Assembly (NCBI GenBank): GCA_963818265.1
Contig: CAWFRS010000005.1
Coordinates: 1,628,587 to 1,692,586, forward strand
DNA length: 64,000 nucleotides
DNA from: an uncultured Planctomycetota bacterium
GTDB taxonomy: Bacteria > Planctomycetota > Planctomycetia > Isosphaerales > Isosphaeraceae
Reading direction: 5' to 3'
Each line of letters opens with the position of its first letter. Position 1 is the stretch's first letter. Both the position numbers and the translations under genes were made by a program. Positions 29,623 to 41,218 of the stretch are shown in pieces. The notes under the pieces were generated by a model. It was not told where the DNA came from, did no database searches, and saw only the letters and a list, made by a program, of their open reading frames with translations.

Positions 29623-32600
29623 TCAAACCCGCTTCTTCTCGAGCTGCATGTTGAGCCCGAGTCCGCGAATCTCGTTTGTCAAGACGTCGAAGCTGGCCGG
29701 CGTGCCGGCTTCCAGCGTGTTTTCACCTTTGACCATGCTCTCATAGATCTTGGTGCGGCCCTCGACGTCGTCGGACTTGACAGTCAGAAGCTCCTGCAAG
29801 ATATAAGCGGCCCCATAGGCTTCGAGTGCCCAGACTTCCATCTCGCCGAACCGCTGACCGCCGAACCGTGCCTTGCCGCCCAGGGGCTGCTGGGTAATCA
29901 AGGAGTACGGGCCCGTGGCACGGGCATGGATCTTGTCGTCCACCAGGTGGTGAAGCTTGAGCATGTAAATGTAGCCGACCGTGACCCGCTGGTCGAACTG
30001 GTCGCCCGTGCGGCCGTCATAAAGAATCGCCTTGCCGTTCTCGGGCAGGCCGGCATCCTTGAGACATTGCCGGATCGTTTCCTCACTGGCACCATCAAAC
30101 ACCGGACAGATCGCCTGGAAACCGAGCTTGGCCGCGGCCCAGCCCAGGTGCGTCTCCAGGATCTGGCCGACGTTCATTCGGCTCGGAACACCCAGCGGAT
30201 TCAAGAGAATCTCGACGCCCGTGCCGTCGGCCAGGAAGGGCATGTCTTCCTCGGGCAAGATCTTGGCGATGACGCCCTTGTTGCCATGCCGGCCGGCCAT
30301 CTTGTCGCCAACCGAGATCACCCGCTTGGTGGCGATATACACCTTGACCATCTGCAACACGCCCGAAGGCAGCTCGTCGCCCCGCTTCAGGCTGTTGATC
30401 CGCCGCTCTTTCTCATCTTTCAAGGCCTCGATCCGGGGCGCGTACTGACGGACCGTCTCTCGCGCCCTGGTGACCACCTCGGGACTGCGGATATCGAGCG
30501 CATCGAGCTTGAAACGTTCACTCTCGTCGGCAAGGTCCTTGGGATCCTTGGCACGGCCCAGAGGTTTGCCCGACGACGGATCAGTGACCGGGCCGCCGAG
30601 GACTTCCTCCAGCGCCTTGATCATCTGCTTGTACTCGTCGGCGATCCGCACGTTCTCGACGGCTTCGGTATCCTTGAGCTCCTTCTCGAAGGCCTTGCGC
30701 TCCTCTTCGCTCAGGCTCATGCGGCGGCTGAAGCGCTGGGTGTTGATGACGATCCCTTCAACACCCGAGGGCACCTCGAGCGAATCATTCTTGACGTCTT
30801 CGCCGGCCCGCCCGAAGATCGCGTGCAACAGCTTCTCTTCGGGAGTCAGCTCGCTCTTGCTCTTGGGAGCCACCTTGCCAACCAGGATATCGCCCGGCTT
30901 GACATAGGTGCCGATCAACACGACACCATTGTCGTCAAGGTTGCGCAGGGCCTTTTCCGAGACGTTGGGAATGTCCCGGGTGAACTCCTCGCGGCCGAGC
31001 TTCGTCTCGCGGATCTCGATCTCGAATTCCTCGATATGAATCGAGGTGTAGACATCGTCACGCACCAGCTTTTCACTGATGATGATGGCGTCTTCAAAGT
31101 TGTAGCCGTCCCAGGCCATGAAGGCGACGAGGACGTTTCGCCCCAGGGACAACTCGCCCTTGAACGTCGCCGCACCGTCGGCCAGGATCTCGCCCGCCTT
31201 GACCTTCTGGCCGACCTGGACGACCGGCTTCTGGTTCAGGCAGGTCCGCTCGTTCAGGCCGACGTATTTCCGCAGCTTGTGGATCTGGTTGTGGTCGATG
31301 ATGATCCGGGTCGAATCGACATAGGTCACCGTGCCGTCAAGCTGCGCCTTGACGATCATGCCCGAGTTGATAGCGACCGACTTCTCGAGCCCGGTCGCCA
31401 CGATCGGCGGCTCCGAGACCAAGAGCGGCACCGCCTGGCGCTGCATGTTCGAGCCCATCAAGGCCCGGTTGGCGTCGTCGTGCTCGAGGAACGGGATCAA
31501 CCCGGCCGAGACACCGACCATCTGCTTGGGCGAGATGTCCATGTACTCGATCTGGTCGACGGCCACCGTGACGAAGTCGGTCTGATAGCGGGCCGACAGG
31601 GTCGTCCCCCGGAGCTTGCCGTGATCGTCGACCGGCGTGTCGGCCGGCACCAGATACGCCTCGCTCTCTTCATCGGCCCGCATCCAGACGACCGTCTCGG
31701 TCGGCTTGCCCCCCTTGATCTTGCGATAAGGCGTGATCAAGAATCCGTACTCGTCGACGCCGCCATAAATTCCCAGCGAGCTGATCAGACCGATATTGGT
31801 CCCTTCCGGGGTCTCGATCGGGCAGATCCGGCCGTAGTGGGAAATATGAACGTCGCGCACCTCGAAGCCGGCACGCTTGCGGTTAAGACCGCCCGGACCG
31901 AGTGCCGACAAGCGGCGCTCGTGCGTCAACTGGGCGAGCGGATTGGTCTGGTCGACAACCTGAGAGAGCTCGCCGCGGCCGAAGAAATACTCGATGGCCG
32001 CGCTGATGCTCTTGGGATTGATCAACGAACGCGGAGTCATGTCCTCGGCGTCCTTGAGACTCATGCGCTCCTGAACGGTGCGCGCTGAGCTTCAAGAACC
32101 CCTTGCGGAGCTCGTCGGAGGCCAGCTCGTCGATCGTCCGCAGGCGGCGGTTGCCCAGGTGATCGATATCGTCGATATGGCCTTTGCCCTTGCGCAGGTT
32201 GAGGATATACCGGATCGCATTGACGTAGTCCTCGGGATCGAGGGTCATCCGATCTTCCGGGATGTCCTGATTGAACTTGCGGTTGATCCGGAAACGGCCA
32301 ACCTTGCCCAGGCGATAGCGGTTGGTGTCGAAAAACTTCTCGTGGAAGAGCTCGCGGGCTTTTTCCAGCTGCGGCGGGTTGCCCGGCCGGAGCCGCTGGT
32401 AAATGCGCAAAAGCGCACTTTCGTGGTCGGTGGTCGGGTCTTCCTGCAAGGATTGCAGAATCAAGGGATCGCGCGAATCCTTGAGGACGCGGATCTTGCC
32501 GAGATTGCCGGCGTCGGCGAGAACCTGGGCCGTCGTTTTGGAGATCGTGCTGCCACTGTCGATCAAGACCTCGCCCGTGTTCGGATCAACAATGTCGCCG

Positions 32601-33334
32601 CAGGCGATCCGGCCTTCGAGCAGCGAGGCGGCCTTGGGATCGGCCGAATCGATGTCTTCGGCTTCGTAAAAGGCCTGGAGGATGGCCTCATCGCTCGAAT
32701 AGGCCGGGCTCATGGCGCGGAGCAACGTCATCGACGAGAATTTGCCCGACTGGTCGATCCGCACACCCAAGGTGTCTTTCTTGGTGACCTGCAGCTCGAT
32801 CCAGCTCCCGCGCTCGGGAATGACGCGGCAGGCGTGCAGCTTCTTGTCGCTCGATTCGATCTCGACAACAAAGTCGACGCCCGGCGAGCGGTGAAGCTGG
32901 CTGACGACGACCCGTTCGGCACCATTGATGATGAACTCGCCGCCACCGATCATGACGGGCATGTCGCCCAGGTAGACCGATTCCTCGAGGGTCGTTTCGC
33001 CCTTGTTGAGCCGAAGCCAGACGTGCAGGGGGCGGCCGTAGGTCAATCGCAACTGGCGGCATTCGTCGGGATCGTACCGCGGTTTGCCCAGGTCGTAATG
33101 CAAATATTCGAGTTTCAGTGTCTTGTCATAGCTCTCGATGGGAAAAATCTCGCGGAAAACCCCTTCCAACCCGGCTTCGCCCCGCTCGTTGACGGGGGCG
33201 TCGGCCTGGAGGAACCGCGCATAACTTCGGGTCTGAATCTGCGTCAAATCCGGTACCGGAAATTCGTCAGGAATCTTGCCGAAATTGCGCTTCTTGGGAG
33301 GGACAATTCGCCGCACGGACATTGGAGTGGGCAT
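29623..33334 (-). CDS. rpoB: DNA-directed RNA polymerase beta subunit, 1-nt frame break near 32080
   Basis: ATG at 33334 gives [22 protein letters not shown]. Conserved blocks run through ...[23 protein letters not shown] / (R)[10 protein letters not shown]...[15 protein letters not shown]...NMQRQAVP...[13 protein letters not shown]...[19 protein letters not shown].... The two ORFs (31883-33457 and 29623-32064) join inside AGCGCGCAC (minus strand) at 32078-32086. Confidence 0.95.
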
Positions 33335-33747
33335 AGGATCGCGCTCCTCATGGGCAGAAGAGAAATGCAAGCGGCGCAGGGCGCTTAACGTCCCTGTACG
33401 GCTCGGGTGTGCCGAGGTGCCCCGATGCCGCCAACCACGCTGGTCGGCCAGAGGCAAAGCAAGACAAGATCAGTGTCGGTCAATCAAAAGTTAGAGTGTC
33501 TCGCGCCGCCGGCGCCATCGAACCAAATCGAATCGAATCGAAGTGAATCAAATCGATCGGGCGCAGGGCAGGGGCCTTGGAAAAAAGGGGCCTCGTCGGC
33601 CCCGCAACCGTGGGACGTTCGAGGCGGGGCGTGACAAGGGGCATGCGTGCCGCGGCCCGCCGGAGATCCGTGGCGATTTCGAGCCTCTATTTTTGAGCGC
33701 TCAAGAATCGCAACGAACCGGCGGGCGGGAACGCCTTGCATCCCAAT

Positions 33748-34158
33748 TCACTTGATCTTGACGGTGGCGCCGGTGTCTTCGAGCTCTTTCTTGAGCTTCT
33801 CGGCGTCTTCTTTCGAGAGGCCCGTTTTCACGTCCTTGGGCGCGGCTTCCACGAGGTCCTTGGCTTCCTTCAGGCCCAGGCTCGTGGCGCTACGAACCAC
33901 CTTGATGACCTGGATCTTGTTGGGGCCGACGGCCTCCAGGCTGACGTCGAACTCGGTCTTGGGCGGAGGCGGCGCCTCGCCCGCGGCGGCCCCGCCGCCG
34001 GCGGCCGGGCCCGCGACCGCGACGGCCGCGGCTTCGAGCCCATGCGCTTCCTTCAGGTACTTGGTCAGTTGCAAAACCTCGAGGACTTTCAAATTGACCA
34101 GTGAGTCGCCCAGGGTCTTGATGCTGTCGGCAAACGCCGTTGATTCCGCGGTGGACAT
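33748..34158 (-). CDS. rplL: 50S ribosomal protein L7/L12
   Basis: ...[20 protein letters not shown]...[56 protein letters not shown]. The ATG at 34158 is preceded by AGGAAAGGA. Confidence 0.95.
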   Translation of the reverse strand: MSTAESTAFADSIKTLGDSLVNLKVLEVLQLTKYLKEAHGLEAAAVAVAGPAAGGGAAAGEAPPPPKTEFDVSLEAVGPNKIQVIKVVRSATSLGLKEAKDLVEAAPKDVKTGLSKEDAEKLKKELEDTGATVKIK

Positions 34159-34349
34159 CGCTCTCAAATCCTTTCCTGATAAAACCTAAAAAGTGAGATT
34201 GTCGTTCGATCCTCGGCCGGCGGCCGTGTCGGCCTTGATTTTCGGCGAGATCAACAGTGGTGACTCTTGTGGGTTGACGTTTGGTGCGGTGATCGCCTGC
34301 CTGGGAAACCTGCCCAGCTCGTCGCCGGGGCCCAGCTCGTGGCTGGGGC

Positions 34350-34928
34350 TCAGCTCGCCTCGCCAGCGGGGGGCGGCGGCGACTCCGCCGTGCCTGACTC
34401 CGGATCGGCTGGTTCGCCCTGCCGCTTGGCCAGTGCCTCGAGCTGGCCGACGACCGTCGAGGCCGGCGACGACAACATCGAAATCGCCTGGCGAGCCGGC
34501 CCGAGCAAGAGGGCAATCACCTGGGCGATCAAGACCTCGCGGCTGGGGAGCTTGGTGATGTCTTCGACCTGCTCCGGGCCGACGATCACGCCTTCAACGG
34601 CTCCCCCCTTGATCTCGGGCTTCTTGAGCGTCTTCACCTGGCTGGCGAGTTCCTTGGCCAGCTCGGTGATTCCCTCGCCCCCCCAGACAATCGCCGAGGG
34701 CCCCTTCAAATATTTCGAGAGCCCGTCCATCCCCATCTCGGAGAAAACCCGGCGGGCCAGCGAGTTCTTGAGCACCCGCAACCGGATCGACTTCTTACGC
34801 AGGTCGCGGCGCAGCCCATGCTCGGCGACAGCGTCCAGATTCTTGAGATCGAGAATCAGCAGCGACCGGTTACCGTCGAGGTCCGATCGAAGCTGATCCA
34901 TCATCATTTCTTTGACATATTTGCTCAT
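34350..34928 (-). CDS. rplJ: 50S ribosomal protein L10
   Basis: Position between rplA and rplL, with the typical L10 N-terminal region (...LRRDLRKKSIRLRVLKNSLARR...). Confidence 0.9.
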   Translation of the reverse strand: MSKYVKEMMMDQLRSDLDGNRSLLILDLKNLDAVAEHGLRRDLRKKSIRLRVLKNSLARRVFSEMGMDGLSKYLKGPSAIVWGGEGITELAKELASQVKTLKKPEIKGGAVEGVIVGPEQVEDITKLPSREVLIAQVIALLLGPARQAISMLSSPASTVVGQLEALAKRQGEPADPESGTAESPPPPAGEAS

Positions 34929-35058
34929 GGCTTCGTTTATGATCCCCGCATGTTCGTTATCGAGAGATATCGATCGGACTTCGCCGTCGGCCCGCTGGGG
35001 TTCGTGTCCGCGACCGGGCGGCTGGCGCCCTGGCTCCGCGACCAGGAACCGTTTCAGG

Positions 35059-35739
35059 TTAGCCCGAGATCCTGATTCCAGGGCTCATGGTCGCCGAGAC
35101 GGTGATCGAGCGAATGTACGTCCCCTTGGCGGTGGCCGGCTTCAGCGACCGCAGATAGCCCAAGAATGCGTTGATATTTTCAACGAGCTGGTCTTCGGAG
35201 AAGCCGAGCTTGCCCACCGGCACGGCCACGTTCCCCCCCTTGTCGTTGCGAAACTCGATCTTGCCCGCCTTGAACTCGCGGACCGCCGAGGTGATATCAG
35301 TCGTGACCGTCCCCGATCGGGGCGACGGCATGAGCCCACGCGGACCTAAAACGCGGCCGAGCGGACCGACCACGCCCATCATGTCGGGCGTCGCCAATGC
35401 GACGTCGAAATCCATGGTGCCCGCCTTGATCTGCTGGGCCAGGTCGTCGGCGCCGACGATATCGGCGCCGGCCGCTCGCGCCTTCTCGGCATTATCTCCC
35501 TGGGCAAAGACGGCCACCCGGACCGACTTGCCAATGCCGTGAGGCAGCGCGACCGATCCACGCACGTTCTGATCGGTCTGCTTGGGGTCGATCCCCAGGT
35601 GGGTCGAGACTTCGACGGTCTGGTTGAACTTCGTCGTGTTGAAGTTCTTCAAGATCCGCACGGCGTCTGGCACCGGGACCGGGCCGGTCACCTTCAGTTT
35701 ATCGGTCAGCGCTTTGAACCGCTTCGAATGCTGAGCCAA
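35059..35739 (-). CDS. rplA: 50S ribosomal protein L1
   Basis: [11 protein letters not shown]...[42 protein letters not shown]...[17 protein letters not shown].... Apparent TTG start. Confidence 0.9.
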   Translation of the reverse strand: MAQHSKRFKALTDKLKVTGPVPVPDAVRILKNFNTTKFNQTVEVSTHLGIDPKQTDQNVRGSVALPHGIGKSVRVAVFAQGDNAEKARAAGADIVGADDLAQQIKAGTMDFDVALATPDMMGVVGPLGRVLGPRGLMPSPRSGTVTTDITSAVREFKAGKIEFRNDKGGNVAVPVGKLGFSEDQLVENINAFLGYLRSLKPATAKGTYIRSITVSATMSPGIRISG

Positions 35740-35855
35740 CTTTTCACGCTCCCTTTCAAATTAATGGAGCTGCCGCCATCAGGGAAATTAATCGACCGGA
35801 TCGCGGGCGGTCGCGCGATCCGTCATCATCACGGTGTTCTCTGGTGGCCGGCGAT

Positions 35856-36278
35856 TTACTTGATCTCCACGCCCATGCTGCGGGCCGTACCCGCGATGAC
35901 CCGGCAGGCGTGTTCGATGTCGCGTGCGTTCAAATCGGCCAGCTTGGTTTCGGCAATCTTCCGGACCTGGTCGGGCGTCACGGTTCCCACCTTCGTCTTG
36001 TTGGGAACCGCCGAGCCCGCCGCGATACCGGCGGCCTGCTTGAGGAGCACGGCCGCGGGGGGGCTCTTGGTGATGAACTCGAACGTCCGGTCCGAGTAGA
36101 TCGTGATCTCGACCGGGATGGTCGTCCCCTTCATCTCCTTGGTCCGTTCGTTGAATTGCATCACGAACTGACCGATATTCACCCCATGCTGCCCGAGCGC
36201 CGGTCCCACCGGAGGGGCCGGAGTGGCTTGCCCGCCCGGGCACTGAAGCTTGACCTTTGCCGTCATCACCTTGGCCAT
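35856..36278 (-). CDS. rplK: 50S ribosomal protein L11
   Basis: ...[31 protein letters not shown]...[26 protein letters not shown].... Confidence 0.95.
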   Translation of the reverse strand: MAKVMTAKVKLQCPGGQATPAPPVGPALGQHGVNIGQFVMQFNERTKEMKGTTIPVEITIYSDRTFEFITKSPPAAVLLKQAAGIAAGSAVPNKTKVGTVTPDQVRKIAETKLADLNARDIEHACRVIAGTARSMGVEIK

Positions 36279-36470
36279 CGTCGAATTCTCTTTCTCTTCG
36301 TTGAACCTTCATGCTCAAGGGCCGGGAACCCGTCGCGGGGGCGTCTCGATCTCGCCGCCCGATGCCGCTCCCAGCCGCGCAACTCTCTTCGTTTACCCCC
36401 CGCCCAGCCCCGCCCAGCCCAGTCCAGCACGCGCCCGGCGGCCCGGGTGGTGGATCAAGGGTGCCTGTGC

Positions 36471-37269
36471 TTAGATTCGCTCCACTTGCCAGTATTCGAG
36501 ATCGACGGGCGTGGGCCGGTTGAAGATGATCAGCATCACCTTGACCAGGCCGCGGCCCTCGATCACCTCTTCGACGGTCCCCTCGAAGTTCTCGAAAGGC
36601 CCGTCCTTGATCTTGACGCGATCGCCATGCTCGACATCGATGCGAACCTTGGGGGTCTCGGCCGTCGTCTTCTCTTCCTCTTGATGGAGCATCTGGTTGA
36701 CTTCGGTCTCGGTCATCTTGGTCGGAGTTCCATGGGCGCCGACAAAGTCGCCGACACCGGGCGTCTCACGCACCACGAACCAGGTCTTCTCGTTGAGCTC
36801 CATCTGAACCATGATGTATCCGGGATACGTCTTTCGCTCCACGATGCGTTTCTTGTTGTTGCGAATCTCGGTGATCTTTTCGGTCGGCACCACGATCTGG
36901 CCGAAAAACCGCTGAAGGCCCTGGATCTTCACGCGGCGCTGGAGAGCGTCGCGGATCGTATCTTCGCGCGAGCTCTGAACTTTCAGCACGTACCAGACCA
37001 GCTCGGGGCGGGCTCGTCATCGTCGAGCTGCAAGTCGACCGCCGGGCGCTGACGGCCGGCGCGGCGGCGGGGCCAGTGGCAGCGGCCGGCGCGGCAGCGG
37101 CCGGCGCGGCGGTTTCCGCGGCAGTGACCTTGGGCGCGGGGCGGCCGCCGTCGGGAGTCTGTTCGTTCACCTCGACGGCCAGATCGACGGGCACGGCCTC
37201 TTCGGCGTTCATCGGTTCGGTCGCCTCGGGTTGAGATCGCTCGGCAGGGTTGTCGGTCGGGTGGCTCAT
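36471..37269 (-). CDS. nusG: Transcription termination/antitermination factor NusG with an Ala/Pro/Glu-rich N-terminal extension; at least one frame break at about 36990-37060
   Basis: The NGN + KOW core is (ELV)WYVLKVQSSREDTIRDALQRRVK...GYIMVQMEL...VGDFVG...GDRVKIKDGPFENFEGTVEEV.... The conserved WY lies upstream of the only in-frame start, and a TGA sits 10 codons upstream. The ATG at 37269 opens a different frame. Confidence 0.85.
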
Positions 37270-37428
37270 AATGAAATCACGTCGCGAGAGGCGTACAAGA
37301 TTCGCAGGAAGTTGAGTTCGGCGTACCAGGGGGCAGTCGACCGTTCGAGAGAGAAAGAAAGAAAGACAGACAGTCAGGTTCCGTTAACAACCTTCTTCCG
37401 ATTCAAGTCGGCCAGGTCGCCCATTCAT

Positions 37429-37956
37429 TCAAGCGGTCGAGCCGAAACCTCCCCCGCCACCGAACTGAAGCACGCCGATCACCCGCAGGATAAACGTCCA
37501 GAGTGTGTCGACAAAAAACAGGAACACGGTCATGAGCACCACGGTCGTCAGCACGACCGTCGTGGCGCGGATCAAGTCGTCCTTGCTGGTCCACGAGACC
37601 TTGTTCATCTCGGCCTCGGTCGCGATCAAGAATTCCGCGAACGGAGGGAAATGAATGATCCGAAAGATCATCCAGCCCAGGACGGCCAGGAACAGGGTCG
37701 GCAAGCCAAAACGCAAGGCGGGTGCGTATTCGATCGACGCGTCGAAAACCTTCCATGCTCCGGCAACAACGATCAGGCCCAACCCGGCGGCCGTGTACAC
37801 CCGCGCGTACCAGCCTTGCACGGGTTTGTAGAGGTCGGCCCGGACCAGGTTCAGAAGAAACAAGGCAAAGAAACCGCGCGGAGCGGCGCCGGGCTTTCCT
37901 TTCCCGGTTTCGACCACCTTCGGTGCCGATGCGATTTCGTCTTTGACTTTGCCCAT
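37429..37956 (-). CDS. secE: Preprotein translocase subunit SecE (long, 3-TM form)
   Basis: Position between tRNA-Trp and nusG. The C-terminus ...EMNKVSWTSKDDLIRATTVVLTTVVLMTVFLFFVDTLW is the conserved SecE helix. I prefer the ATG at 37956 over the TTG at 37989. Confidence 0.85.
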   Translation of the reverse strand: MGKVKDEIASAPKVVETGKGKPGAAPRGFFALFLLNLVRADLYKPVQGWYARVYTAAGLGLIVVAGAWKVFDASIEYAPALRFGLPTLFLAVLGWMIFRIIHFPPFAEFLIATEAEMNKVSWTSKDDLIRATTVVLTTVVLMTVFLFFVDTLWTFILRVIGVLQFGGGGGFGSTA

Positions 37957-38041
37957 GGGACCGATCTCGCCTAACGTAAACGGAGCCAATCTCGAACGCG
38001 TCGACTTTCGCGAGGGCCCCCGAAAAGCCGCCTTGCGACAG

Positions 38042-38114
38042 CACGAGCGGAGGGAATCGAACCCCCAACCGCCGGTTTTGGAGACCGGTGCTCTACCAGT
38101 TGAGCTACGCTCGT
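38042..38114 (-). tRNA. trnW: tRNA-Trp (anticodon CCA)
   Basis: Minus-strand sequence ACGAGCGTAGCTCAACTGGTAGAGCACCGGTCTCCAAAACCGGCGGTTGGGGGTTCGATTCCCTCCGCTCGTG folds as a cloverleaf (7-bp acceptor stem, anticodon loop CTCCAAA). Confidence 0.9.
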
Positions 38115-38389
38115 ATCTCAGGAACCATGTCAGCCTCTTGACTTACTGACTCGTGACAACGGAATTCATCGGACGGCCAGGAACCGATAACTCGCGGATC
38201 GCAGACGCCGCCGGCACCGGCCGACACGCTCGCTCGATCGATCGACCCCGCCAGAGACATCGCCGGGCCACCACGGTCGCCGCCGCCCGGCCAGCCTCCT
38301 TCGTCGTCACCATAACAAACTTGCCGCCTGGCCGCGAACCGACCGCCTCTTGCCCGGGTCATTTGATCGCGGCGGCACGACGCTCGAAA

Positions 38390-38542
38390 TCACTTCTTGC
38401 GCGTTTCCTTGTGTGGCGTGTGCTTTCGCTCGCGCCGACAGTACTTGTTGAGCTCGAGCCGGTTGGCTCCCCGCGTTTCCTTCTGGACCCGGTAGTTGCG
38501 TTCGCCGCACCCGGTGCATTCCAGCCAGACATATTCCCGCAT
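38390..38542 (-). CDS. rpmG: 50S ribosomal protein L33
   Basis: MREYVWLECTGCGERNYRVQKETRGANRLELNKYCRRERKHTPHKETRKK, starting at ATG 38542. The longer track ORF is an upstream extension. Confidence 0.9.
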   Translation of the reverse strand: MREYVWLECTGCGERNYRVQKETRGANRLELNKYCRRERKHTPHKETRKK

Positions 38543-39028
38543 GCGATTACTCCTGCTCCACGCCGAGAGACGACGACGATCGTATCCCTGGGCGACAAAA
38601 CCGGGGGGGCCCCACACCCGACAAATCAAAGCTCATTCGTCATGTTAAACGGCCTGTCCCACACTGGCCAGTCTGAGCAACGGCACGGGTCACGAATCAA
38701 AATTCCTCGGTGTCACTCGCGATCCGACCCGTAGCCGGGCTATTTCATTCTCTCCGGGAGGGCAAGACTTCATCGAGCTGATCCATAAGCTGGGCAAACT
38801 GAAGAGGCTCAGCAGAGTCTCACCGTCCCCAATCCGGTTGTCAGTCGAGAAAGAAACAGCCCTCCGACTAGTGGCAAGACCCCTTGACGGTGCCGGACTT
38901 CCGGCAAAGCCGTCAGGGGTCGTTCGGTAAGACTCAGGTAGCACGGGAGGAATGCCGGCCAGGCAAACCCAACGGGAATGCCGGGCCGCTCTCCAAGGTC
39001 GACCCACTCCGACTCCGCTCCACTCCGC

Positions 39029-40242
39029 TCACTCCAGGATTTTCGTGACGACGCCGGCGCCCGACGGTCTTGCCCCCTTCGCGAATGGCGAAGCGAAGGC
39101 TTTCTTGCATGGCGATCGACGTCTGGAGCTCGACGGTCATCTTGATGTTATCGCCGGGCATGCACATCTCGGCCTCGGAGTTGTCTTCCGACAACAGGTT
39201 GAGAACCGAGCCGGTCACGTCGGTCGTGCGGAAATAGAACTGGGGACGATAGCCCTTGAAAAAGGGCGTGTGCCGGCCCCCTTCTTCCTTGCTGAGCACG
39301 TACACCTCGGCCTCGAACTTGCTGTGCGGCGTGATCGAGTTCGGCTTGCAAATGACCTGGCCGCGCTCCAGGTCGGTTTTCTCAACGCCGCGGAGCAAGA
39401 CGCCGACGTTATCGCCGGCCATGCCTTCATCGAGCGTCTTCTGGAACGCCTCGACGCCCGTGATGGTCGAGGCTTTCTTGACGCCGAAACCGATGATTTC
39501 GACGGCATCGCCGACCTTGACCTTGCCGCGCTCGATACGGCCGGTTCCCACCGTGCCGCGTCCCTTGATCGAGAACACGTCTTCGATCGGCATCAAGAAC
39601 GGCTTGTCAACCTCGCGAATCGGCTCGGGGATGTAGTCGTCCATCGCCTTGACGAGATCGAGGATCGGCTTGGCCGCCTTGGGATCGCCGGGGTTTTCGA
39701 GGGCCGGGCGGCTGCTGCCGCGGATGATCGGAATCTCGTCGCCGGGGAATTTGTAGTGGGTCAAGCAGCTCGCGGAGCTCGAGCTCGACGAGTTCGAGAA
39801 GCTCTTCATCGTCGACCAGATCGATCTTGTTGAGGAAGACGACCAGGGCCGGCACGCCGACCTGGTGGGCCAGGAGGATGTGCTCGCGGGTCTGGGGCAT
39901 CGGGCCGTCGGCCGCCGAAACGACCAGAATGGCCCCGTCCATCTGGGCGGCGCCCGTGATCATGTTCTTGATGTAGTCAGCGTGCCCGGGGCAATCGATG
40001 TGCGCATAGTGCCGCTTTTCGCTCTCGTACTCGACGTGGGAGACGGCGATCGTCACGGTCTTGGTCGAGTCGCGAACGGTGCCCCCCTTGGCGATGTCTG
40101 CATACGACTTCGTCTTCGCCTTGCCATGCTCGGCCAGGACCGCCAAGAGGGCGGCCGTGAGGGTCGTCTTACCGTGGTCAATGTGCCCGATCGTGCCCAC
40201 GTTGACGTGCGGCTTGGTTCTGGTGAAAGTTTCCTTGGCCAT
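39029..40242 (-). CDS. tuf: Elongation factor Tu, two 1-nt frame breaks (about 39061 and 39762)
   Basis: [31 protein letters not shown]...DCPGHADY...[23 protein letters not shown] / [16 protein letters not shown]...[12 protein letters not shown] / AGVVTKILE*. The true stop TGA is at 39029-39031. The insertions are a G in CTT-G-ACC (minus strand) and one extra G in the GGG run. Confidence 0.95.
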
Positions 40243-40405
40243 CGTTACTCCCGTCGTCTCCTAGAAACTGAGGGCGAGCTAGAGGGGCTGCCCGGCAAAA
40301 TCGTGATGCGTCTCGCTGTGCCGGCGACAGACCGACCCAGAACAGCAGGCAAAGCCACCGCGGCTCCCACCGACCGACCTCTCATGCAGGGCCGCAAAAA
40401 TCCAA

Positions 40406-40478
<73 letters not shown>

Positions 40479-40634
40479 AGCCGTCTGCGCTTGACCACAC
40501 GTCTTTCTTTCTTCTCAATCTGACTCGGCTCACGCGATGCGTGTTCGCCGCTCGCTGATCAAACTCCTCGATTTCGTCGTCTTTTTCCAGCCGCCTGACG
40601 ATTTTTCCCTGGCCCGGCCGTCCATTCCGAGGAA

Positions 40635-40705
40635 AGCGGGTGATGGGAATCGAACCCACGTAGCCTGCTTGGAAGGCAGGTACTCTACCATTGAGTTACA
40701 CCCGC
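40635..40705 (-). tRNA. trnG: tRNA-Gly (anticodon TCC)
   Basis: GCGGGTGTAACTCAATGGTAGAGTACCTGCCTTCCAAGCAGGCTACGTGGGTTCGATTCCCATCACCCGCT is a full cloverleaf. Confidence 0.9.
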
Positions 40706-40924
40706 GGTGTCGTCGGCATCCCAACCGGCATCCTCACGATGGATTGCAGCCGCAATCGCCGAGCGGGGTGCGTGATCTCAAGATTGACTTACCTGGGTAC
40801 AAAGTCTCCTGTCGGCCGCCGCGATCCGTGTCCTGTTTCTCGATCGTGCCGCAACGCCATGATTATTTTTGCTCAACACCTCGGCCGTTCTTTGAATCCC
40901 ATTCCATTCCCATCAGGATTGACA

Positions 40925-41006
40925 TGGGTGGAGCAGGATTCGAACCTGCGAAGGCATTGCCACCAGATTTACAGTCTGGCCCCTTTGGCCGCTTGGGTAT
41001 CCACCC
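40925..41006 (-). tRNA. trnY: tRNA-Tyr (anticodon GTA), long variable arm
   Basis: GGGTGGATACCCAAGCGGCCAAAGGGGCCAGACTGTAAATCTGGTGGCAATGCCTTCGCAGGTTCGAATCCTGCTCCACCCA. Confidence 0.9.
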
Positions 41007-41105
41007 GTTCCCGTTATTTTTTGATTCGATTGCTTGTCTCGGTTGGCTCACATGGTCGCGACCGCGATTCGCTCAAACGGCCATGCCTGACGCAGAGCTG
41101 GCGGA

Positions 41106-41178
41106 GAGACTCGAACTCTCAACCCTCGGTTTACAAAACCGATGCTCTGCCGATTGAGCTACGCCAGCACCCTGGACC
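41106..41178 (-). tRNA. trnT: tRNA-Thr (anticodon TGT)
   Basis: GCTGGCGTAGCTCAATCGGCAGAGCATCGGTTTTGTAAACCGAGGGTTGAGAGTTCGAGTCTCTCCGCCAGCT is a full cloverleaf. Confidence 0.9.
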
Positions 41179-41190
41179 GTGAAATTCTTT

Positions 41191-41218
41191 ACTATACCCC
41201 TTCCACGGACAGTTGCAA
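41191..41218 (-). promoter_or_regulatory. Candidate sigma70-type promoter of the tRNA-tuf operon
   Basis: The minus strand reads TTGCAA (41218-41213), then 16 nt, then TATAGT (41196-41191), ending 12 nt upstream of the first tRNA 5' end. This is a sequence match only. Confidence 0.45.

Noticed and set aside
33520-33560. Short AATCG-type microsatellite (CAAATCGAATCGAATCGAAGTGAATCAAATCGATCG) in the rplL-rpoB spacer
   Set aside because: It has only 3-4 imperfect units and no evident function. This spacer is normally structured, so the repeat is not distinctive enough to report.
29623-40242. Calling rpoB, tuf and nusG pseudogenes, or invoking programmed frameshifting
   Set aside because: These are essential single-function genes with perfectly conserved sequence on both sides of each 1-nt break. 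The same kind of break occurs all over the window, so sequence error is the parsimonious explanation.
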